Part shown: positions 18,005-24,000 of the stretch, piece after piece
Layout: each line of letters starts with the position of its first letter
Position numbering within the stretch: the first letter of the stretch is position 1
DNA from: Candidatus Aminicenantes bacterium
GTDB lineage: Bacteria > Acidobacteriota > Aminicenantia > Aminicenantales > CAVYOD01
NCBI GenBank assembly: GCA_963770045.1
Contig: CAVYOD010000023.1
Span: forward strand, 115,916-139,915
Length of the DNA stretch: 24,000 nucleotides
Reading direction: 5' to 3'
Program-made: the position numbers and the translations under genes
Notes under the pieces: generated by a model
Told to the model about the DNA's origin: nothing
What the model saw: only the letters and a program-made list of their open reading frames with translations
The model's database searches: none

Positions 18005-18253
18005 AGACGTCTATCTCGCCAATCTCGTCGTTTCGTCATTTCGCCCCAGCCCATTCACTGCTCAGTGCTCCCAGCTCGCGGCTCACTTTTAATCGTTGAG
18101 TGATTTGAGCTTCAAAATCGTCTATAATAGTGTTTCGTGGTTTATCGCGCTTGCCAAAGAAGAAGCGGAGATGGTTCATTCTGCGAAACAGACAAATGAC
18201 GGCACAGAACCAGATGCAGAAAATGGCGAGATAAGGAGAGGGCAAGCTAGACG
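18005..18253. repeat. Intergenic inverted short-tandem-repeat element, copy D (between eno and the amidohydrolase gene)
   Basis: Starts 9 nt after the eno stop with the same AGACGTCT palindrome (18005..18012). This is followed by TCTCGCC/TCTCGTC-type units, which are reverse complements of GACGAGA/GGCGAGA. Four tandem heptamers CACTGCT CAGTGCT CCCAGCT CGCGGCT lie at 18056..18083. The right arm 18189..18253 holds ACAGAACCAGAT (18204..18215), GGCGAGATA and a terminal TAGACG. Confidence 0.65.
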
Positions 18254-18310
18254 ATCTTATGTTCGTTGACTTCGGGAAAGAGCAATTTTGAGATAAGCGG
18301 AATCAGGGTC

Positions 18311-19624
18311 ATGAACGGGGGCCGGCTTCGGAGAATCTCCTTCCTCTGCCTCCTTTCTCTGTGTATTCCCCTCTCATCTCTCTCAGTGGACCAGAGAACC
18401 GCCCAGCGCATTGACGAAGAGATAGAACGGCACAATGCCGAAATCGTCAAGATCCGTCGTTTCATCCATATGAACCCGGAGCTCAGCAACCGCGAGTACG
18501 AAACGGCGAAGCTGGTGGCCTCAAAGCTTGCCTCGCTGGACCTGGATGTTCAAACGGAAGTCGCCAAGACCGGCGTCGTCGGCCTCCTCCGCGGCGGTCA
18601 GCCCGGGGCGACGATCGCGATTCGGGCAGATATGGACGCCCTGCCCATCCAGGAGCTGGCCAGCGTCCCCTTCAAATCCCTCAATCCGGGGGTGATGCAC
18701 GCCTCCGGCCATGATATCCACGTCTCGATCGCACTCGGGACGGCCATCGTGCTGTCCACCCTCCGCGACAGGATCAAGGGGAACATCAAGTTCATTTTTC
18801 AGCCGGCGGAAGAGGGCCCGCCTCAAGGGGAAGAGGGCGGCGCCGACCTGATGATCAAGGAAGGCGTCCTGGACAACCCTCCGGTGCGAGCCATTTTTGG
18901 CCTCCATGTCTGGCCCGATGAGCTCGGCCAGGTTGATTTTTCCCCTGGTTTTATCATGGCCAGCTCCGACTGGTTCCAGATCCAGATCAAGGGAAAGAGC
19001 TCCCACGGGGCCAGGCCGCAGGAGGGGATCGACTCGATTGTCCTGGCATCTCAGATCGTGCTGGGCCTGCAATTCATCATCAGTCGAGAGATCGATCCGA
19101 CCGACCCGGCCGTCCTGACAGTCGGAAAGATCGAAGGCGGGACAAGGTCCAATATCATAGCCGACAGCGTGACCCTCGAGGGAACGGTGCGGGCCTTGAG
19201 CGAGGCCAACCGGAAGAAGATTCCGCGCCTGATCGAAAGTCTGGTCAAGGGGATCACCCAGTCTTATGGCGCCTCCTATGTCTTCAATTATGAGCCGTCC
19301 ATCCCCCCCGTCTACAATCACCCCGAATTGGCTAAGGACATGCTCCCGACTCTGATCCGCCTCTTGGGGGAGGACCATGTCAAGGGGCTGACTCCCCAGA
19401 TGGTCGCCGAGGACTTTTCCCGCTTTGCTCAGAAAATCCCGGGATTCTTTTTCTTCCTGGGAGTCAAAACGCCCGGATCACAGCCCGCCGGCGCCCTCCA
19501 CAGTCCCAATTTTAACCCCGACGAGAGGAGTATCCCGCTCGGCATCAAGATCATGGCTCATCTCCTGCTGGATTGTCTCGCCCGGCAAAGCGCTCTGGAA
19601 ACTTTCCCTCCCAAATCATTCTAG
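18311..19624 (+). CDS. M20D-family amidohydrolase (N-acyl-L-amino-acid amidohydrolase/hippuricase type) with N-terminal signal peptide
   Basis: The track ORF starts at TTG 18266. ATG 18311 gives MNGGRLRRISFLCLLSLCIPLSSLS, a signal-like sequence. Family motifs: RRFIHMNPELSNREYETA, RADMDALPIQE, MHASGHDIH, FQPAEEG. Confidence 0.88.
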   Translation: MNGGRLRRISFLCLLSLCIPLSSLSVDQRTAQRIDEEIERHNAEIVKIRRFIHMNPELSNREYETAKLVASKLASLDLDVQTEVAKTGVVGLLRGGQPGATIAIRADMDALPIQELASVPFKSLNPGVMHASGHDIHVSIALGTAIVLSTLRDRIKGNIKFIFQPAEEGPPQGEEGGADLMIKEGVLDNPPVRAIFGLHVWPDELGQVDFSPGFIMASSDWFQIQIKGKSSHGARPQEGIDSIVLASQIVLGLQFIISREIDPTDPAVLTVGKIEGGTRSNIIADSVTLEGTVRALSEANRKKIPRLIESLVKGITQSYGASYVFNYEPSIPPVYNHPELAKDMLPTLIRLLGEDHVKGLTPQMVAEDFSRFAQKIPGFFFFLGVKTPGSQPAGALHSPNFNPDERSIPLGIKIMAHLLLDCLARQSALETFPPKSF

Positions 19625-19631
19625 GGGAACG

Positions 19632-22025
19632 ATGACCTTCCCCGTGCTTTATCCGACCGTATCCCTTATTCTCGGAATTTTGGCTTCTTCTTGGGGGTTG
19701 TCCTCATTCGCCCTTCTCATCCCTGGACTCGGTCTGGCCATCACGGGCGCATGGATTCTTTTTGTGGTCAAGAAGACCAGGGCCTGCTTTTTCTTGGTTC
19801 TGGCCGCCAGCTTTGTTCTAGGAGCCATGCTGGAGGCAGATTTCGAGAGGCGGTACGAACGAAACGCCCTCCGCAATTTCGAGAGCGAGGACTATGTCGA
19901 TTTCATCGGGCGACTGGCCCGATCCCCCTCTCGCGAGCCCGACCGGGACATCCTTCTGTTGAGAGTCGAAAAGATCCTCTCCGGGAAGAAAGAGCTGGCC
20001 ATCCGTGGAAATCTCAGGGTGACGGTGCTCCATCCGCCGGGGCCCTCGGCCCAGTTGAACCTCTGCACGGGAGACACCGTCAAGGTCTCGGCTCAGATCT
20101 CGCCGGCCCGTGATTTCCAGAATTTCAGCAAGCCATTTTTATCAAGGTATCTGAAAAGCCAAAACATCCACGGCCGGGCATTTTCTAAGAGTCCTTTGCT
20201 GGTTGAAAAAATAAAAAGCGCTCCCCGGCCTTCTCTTTTCCGTCTCGTCTCCATTATCCGTCAAAGAGCGCAGCAAAAACTGGAGCACTATTTTCCCTCG
20301 TCGCCTCCCGGGCTCAATCCGCTCTCCCCAGAGGGGGCCATGCTCGAGGCCCTTCTCATCGGAGAGGTCGGACGGATGGATGAGCCGACAAGCCTGTCTC
20401 TTCAAAAAACAGGACTCTATCATTTGATCGCCATCTCCGGCGCCCAGATCGCCATTATTTCCATGCTTCTTTTTTCTCTTCTCAGGCTTCTGGGGATGGC
20501 CCAGCGTCCTTCCTATCTGGTCTTGATGTCGCTCCTCGCACTCTATGCGGTGCTGGTCGAGGGCAGTCCCTCGGTTCTCAGAGCGACCATCATGGCCCTG
20601 ACTTTTCTGCTGGGCAAACTCATCTGGCGGGACGTGAACCTTCTCAACACCATTTCTTTGAGTGCGATCATCTTGCTTCTGGCCAACCCTCTCAGCCTGT
20701 TCGACCTCGGGTTTGAGTTGACCTACGCGGCAACTCTTTCGATCATCCTTTTTTACGAAAGAGTCCTCAAACACCTGCCCCGACTGCCCCTCCGATTGAG
20801 CGAGATGACGGCCATGTCGGTCACAGCCCAGCTGGGGGTGATGCCTTTCATGGCCGCTTCATTCAACAGAGTGACTTTCTCCGCTCTGCTCCTGAACTAC
20901 GCCGCCGTCCCTTTGTTCGGAGCCATCATGGCGGCCGGCTATCTCTTCTTCCCTCTCTCCTTTATCTTTCCGCCCGGGGCGCGACTTTTGGCTTGGGGCC
21001 TCAAGCTTTCGATCCAGGTGTTCATCCGGATCACCCACGTCCTGGATGGGGTTCCTTTCGCTTCGTACCGAATTCCGACGCCCCATCTCGTCACGGTCTG
21101 CGGCTATTTCCTCTTTTTGGGTTTGCTGCTCTATCCCCCGAAGATAAAGCGGCAGAGATTGATCGTTTCAACTCTTTTTGCGTCATTCTTCATTGTCCTT
21201 ATTTCTTATCCCTTTCCCTCGACCTCTAAAAACCTGAAGCTGACCTTCATAGACGTCGGTCAAGGGGATTCCATCCTGATCCAGTTTCCCGGTCACAAAA
21301 AAATGTTGATCGATGGCGGAGGTCTTCCCGGGACAACGTTTGATATCGGAGAGCGGGTCGTTTCTCCTGTTTTGTGGCACAAGGGCATCAAGAGGGTGGA
21401 TTTTCTGGTTCTGACCCACGCCCACCCGGACCATGTCAACGGACTGGCCGCCGTCGCCAGGAATTTTGCAATCGGGGAATTCTGGGAGACGGGAGAGCCG
21501 GTGGAAGACCCTGCCTATGCCGGACTCAAAGCCAGTCTGCCCCGTTCCGCGGTCCAAAAAAAGCTCTCCCGTGGTTTCACCGCTCGGGTCGGAGGGGTCA
21601 GTATTTCCGCGCTTCATCCCGGGCCCAATCAACCCCTCTCGAACAGCGTCGACAATGACCGGTCTCTTGTCTTGAGGCTTATCTATGGCCGGACCTCTTT
21701 TCTGCTCGCCGCGGATGTCGGTCTCGAAGCCGAAGAAGAGGTCCTTTTGAATTGTCCTGAGATCAGGAGCCAGGTCCTTAAAGCCGCTCACCACGGAAGC
21801 AACACCTCGACCTCAGAGCCTTTCCTGAGCCGGGTTGCGCCTGAGTTCGTCGTTATTTCGGTCGGCCGCGGCAACAGATTCGGGTTTCCCCAGCCGGCGG
21901 TCCTTGAGCGCTTGAAGAAGTGTGGAGCAAAGGTTTTCAGGACCGACCTGGACGGCGCGATCGAAATCGGTTCAGACGGCCTAGGCCTGTCCTTCCGGTG
22001 TGCGGCCCGAGATAAATCCAGCTGA
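19632..22025 (+). CDS. comEC: DNA internalisation competence protein ComEC/Rec2 (with C-terminal metallo-beta-lactamase domain)
   Basis: The track ORF begins at 19425 inside the previous gene. ATG 19632, 7 nt after the amidohydrolase TAG, gives a hydrophobic N-terminus MTFPVLYPTVSLILGILASS. The protein is polytopic, with the competence-domain region (LQKTGLYHLIAISGAQIAII) and the MBL motifs FIDVGQGDS, LTHAHPDHVNGL and AAHHGS. Confidence 0.9.
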   Translation: MTFPVLYPTVSLILGILASSWGLSSFALLIPGLGLAITGAWILFVVKKTRACFFLVLAASFVLGAMLEADFERRYERNALRNFESEDYVDFIGRLARSPSREPDRDILLLRVEKILSGKKELAIRGNLRVTVLHPPGPSAQLNLCTGDTVKVSAQISPARDFQNFSKPFLSRYLKSQNIHGRAFSKSPLLVEKIKSAPRPSLFRLVSIIRQRAQQKLEHYFPSSPPGLNPLSPEGAMLEALLIGEVGRMDEPTSLSLQKTGLYHLIAISGAQIAIISMLLFSLLRLLGMAQRPSYLVLMSLLALYAVLVEGSPSVLRATIMALTFLLGKLIWRDVNLLNTISLSAIILLLANPLSLFDLGFELTYAATLSIILFYERVLKHLPRLPLRLSEMTAMSVTAQLGVMPFMAASFNRVTFSALLLNYAAVPLFGAIMAAGYLFFPLSFIFPPGARLLAWGLKLSIQVFIRITHVLDGVPFASYRIPTPHLVTVCGYFLFLGLLLYPPKIKRQRLIVSTLFASFFIVLISYPFPSTSKNLKLTFIDVGQGDSILIQFPGHKKMLIDGGGLPGTTFDIGERVVSPVLWHKGIKRVDFLVLTHAHPDHVNGLAAVARNFAIGEFWETGEPVEDPAYAGLKASLPRSAVQKKLSRGFTARVGGVSISALHPGPNQPLSNSVDNDRSLVLRLIYGRTSFLLAADVGLEAEEEVLLNCPEIRSQVLKAAHHGSNTSTSEPFLSRVAPEFVVISVGRGNRFGFPQPAVLERLKKCGAKVFRTDLDGAIEIGSDGLGLSFRCAARDKSS

Positions 22026-22192
22026 GCATTTTTATGCCGAGTCTTATGAGCTCCGGCGGCTCGCTTCTTGAAATATGCCGGAGGTCAACAATTTGTAAAT
22101 TTGTCCCATGAATTTGTCCGAAACGCCAGAAGCGCCAAAAAATCGGGACTTATGTTCAGGACTGGGGCCGAGAGAAGTTTAGCTCCCATGAA

Positions 22193-22579
22193 TCATTTCT
22201 GATCGCGGTTGAAGTGGGGCATCTCCCAGGGAAGCTCGAGGCTGAGTTCGACATACCCGGCGTATTCGCCATCGAGGTACCAGGGTGTCTGGAAAATGAG
22301 CTTTCGCAGGCCGTTTTTCTGGATCGTGTAGATGTTTTTCTGGCGACTTTCCATAAGAGCCTTCAACTTGGATCTGGCGGGTTCCGGATGGCAGTCAAAA
22401 ATGCTCGAGCCGACAAGTTTTTCCCCGCCTCGATCGCTGAACGACCGGACCGACCCGTCGTTCATACTGACGATCGTGCCATTTTTATCACAGGCGGTGA
22501 CTTCCCCCGGGAATTCTTTGACCCAGGGATGAAACTTCAGATCGACCTCTCCTATCGCATTTGTTTTCTTTTCGTCCAT
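22193..22579 (-). CDS. Small stand-alone PAS-like domain protein
   Basis: 128 aa. VTACDKNGTIVSMNDGSVRSFSDRGGEKLVGSSIFDCHPEPARSKLKALMES...GYVELSLE resembles the PAS fold of DUF438-associated PAS_10 domains (CHP...S motif). GGAGGG lies upstream of the ATG. Confidence 0.6.
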   Translation of the reverse strand: MDEKKTNAIGEVDLKFHPWVKEFPGEVTACDKNGTIVSMNDGSVRSFSDRGGEKLVGSSIFDCHPEPARSKLKALMESRQKNIYTIQKNGLRKLIFQTPWYLDGEYAGYVELSLELPWEMPHFNRDQK

Positions 22580-22875
22580 CTGGGTATTTTAACCCTCCTC
22601 TCTATAATTTAGGGAATGTCAGTAAAACACAGCTTCTTTTATTTTAAAACATCTTTCCATGGATGATAACCATTTTGTTCGGCGCCGTGAAGCGAAGGGG
22701 TCCCTTTTCTGAGGATCCGACTTCGTCCGCAACGCCAAAAACCTCCGCCGGGTTTATGGTCGCGCTCTCAAGGCAGCATCCGGCGACAGCCCGTATTCGG
22801 CCGCCAGTTGGACCTGAGAGATCAAGTCCCCAATGTTTTGACAGGTGGAGGAATCGGCATCGTGTCTGCCCTCGA

Positions 22876-22904
22876 TTGACAGGGTCTGGGAGTTGGAATA
22901 ATAT
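22876..22904 (+). promoter_or_regulatory. Putative sigma70-type promoter for the secreted coiled-coil protein gene
   Basis: TTGACA (22876..22881), 17-nt spacer, TAATAT (22899..22904), then GAGGGA before ATG 22922. A second TTGACAGG copy lies at 22838..22845. Consensus matching only. Confidence 0.35.
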
Positions 22905-22921
22905 AAACGAGGGAAACGCAC

Positions 22922-23486
22922 ATGAAAAAATTTCTCGTTGTTCTTTTTGTCCCTCTCTGGTTCGTCTCTTTCTTGTCCGCCCAGAGCCTGGCCGAAGCGG
23001 CCAAAAAAGAGAAGGCCCGGAGAGAAGGCCTCAAAGGGAAAAAAGTGGTCTTGGTCACCAACACCGATCTTTCCAAAATCACCAGGAAGCCGGCCGTCAC
23101 AGTCGTCCAGCCTGTCGAGCCGGCAACCGGGGCTAAACCCGGAGAGGGCGCAGCGCCCCAGGCTCAACCTCCTCGGGAAAGCCCTCCGCCCTCACCCCCG
23201 CTCCCGGAGAACCCGACACTGAGCGCCAGAGAATATGAAGCCCAGAAGGCTCAGCTCGAGGCCCGGGTCCAGCAGGCGGAGGAGATTGGTCGACCTCCTC
23301 CAAACAAAACTGGGAGGCCTCTGGCAGGAATTCTATAGCATGGACAATCTGAAGACCAAGGACAAGATTCAGCAGGATATCAGCGATTTCTACGCCAAAC
23401 TGCAGAGCGCCCAGGACGTGGCCGTCAAGGCCAGGCAGGAACTGGAGAATTTTCTGTCCACCGCCAGGAAAGAAGACGCTCCTTAG
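22922..23486 (+). CDS. Secreted proline-rich / coiled-coil protein of unknown function; frame as given breaks at about 23285
   Basis: ORF 22922..23338 has a signal peptide (MKKFLVVLFVPLWFVSFLSAQS), a K/E-rich segment, a P-rich linker, and then EYEAQKAQLEARVQQAEE. Skipping A23285 continues in the frame of ORF 23235..23486: LVDLLQTKLGGLWQEFYSMDNLKTKDKIQQDISDFYAKLQSAQDVAVKARQELENFL, a natural coiled-coil continuation. The original frame reads IGRPPPNKTGRPLAGIL and stops. Confidence 0.55.
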
Positions 23487-23936
23487 ATCTGGAGCCGGCT
23501 TACGTCGCTCCCAGAGCAGCTGGCGGCTGAGTCCGGTGGCGATTGTTTTTCATGATCTTCCCTTGGACCACACAGAGAAGTCAAAAGGATTTCCGGCATT
23601 TTTGAGCTTGTCCTCAGTTTTCAGGCTAAGCATCCGCATATTTGAGCTCAATTTGACATCCATGCGTATCGCGTTCTATCATCTCTCTAGACCGGATGAC
23701 GCAAAATCGATATGTGAATGCTCATTTAGCTGGCCGGGCAGAAAAGGAGATTCTTATCAAATAAAGCCAAATCCTCTTTGGATCAAGCTCGTCTAACACC
23801 TTGGGTATCTCAGAAATTCTCGATTTTGGTTTTACGAACAATGAGAAATTTCGGCCCCTTCGTTGGTCTTCTATCATAGAGCATCATCAAGAAGATTTGG
23901 CCATGCGTTCGAACCGGTTTCGACCATTTAAAAAGC

Positions 23937-23965
23937 TTGACAAGTGCTAAGTTCAATTCTAATCT
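23937..23965 (+). promoter_or_regulatory. Putative sigma70-type promoter reading out of the window end
   Basis: TTGACA (23937..23942), 17-nt spacer, TAATCT (23960..23965). A possible ATG at 23988 is cut by the window end. Consensus matching only. Confidence 0.25.
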
Positions 23966-24000
23966 GTTAATGTTAACGGATAAATAGATGGACCCATTAG

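Noticed and set aside
22806-22835. CTGAGA motif reminiscent of the TPP riboswitch
   Set aside because: Only the hexamer matches. The partner ACCTGATC...GGATAATGCC...GGGA elements are absent, and the downstream gene is unrelated to thiamine.
22754-22840. HTH-like peptide (ISQVQLAAEYGLSPDAALRARP) at the end of minus-strand ORF 22754..23167
   Set aside because: The rest of that ORF is antisense to the secreted coiled-coil gene and its promoter and has junk composition. The protein-like stretch is only about 22 aa, with no credible start or RBS.
23536-23796. 86-aa + strand ORF in the low-GC tail
   Set aside because: It has a GTG start without an RBS, no recognisable motif, and a composition and codon pattern unlike the neighbouring genes. 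It is treated as non-coding or decayed sequence.
23900-23925. GTTCGAA T-loop-like sequence suggesting a tRNA
   Set aside because: The flanking bases do not form a T-stem, and no acceptor or anticodon arms can be drawn on either strand.

Overview
This window is mostly a conserved housekeeping chromosome segment from a moderately GC-rich bacterium that I cannot place taxonomically. My hand counts give about 55-60% GC in coding lines. The LptE and LptC-like genes imply an outer membrane. I support about 23 genes. Minus strand: an LptC/OstA-like gene (partial) and recJ. Plus strand: ftsY-ribD-ribE-ribBA and a HEAT-repeat gene, tightly coupled. Minus: dtd. Plus: rpsT. Minus: leuS-lptE-holA. Plus: a BtuFCD/Fec-type ABC importer (ATPase, binding protein, permease) and a membrane protein. 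Plus: DUF948-like, YtxH-like and eno. Plus: an M20D amidohydrolase and comEC. Minus: a small PAS protein. Plus: a secreted coiled-coil protein. I found no tRNA, rRNA, CRISPR array, transposase, integrase or recognisable defence or secondary-metabolite cluster, and no convincing novel multi-gene system. Three things deserve a second look. (1) At five sites in four genes, including essential holA and twice in the ABC permease, the homology-supported reading frame continues in the +1 frame. All five shifts go the same direction. (2) A family of intergenic elements is built from inverted arrays of 7-9 nt tandem units. The copies share cores such as TTGACGAGAWAGAC, AGACGTCT, ACAGAACCAGAT and ACTGCTCAG, and sit in four intergenic regions, three of them divergent promoter regions. 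(3) The last ~510 bp is about 40% GC, has no intact ORF, and carries only broken ORF fragments. All family calls come from reading the translated ORFs; no database search was run.
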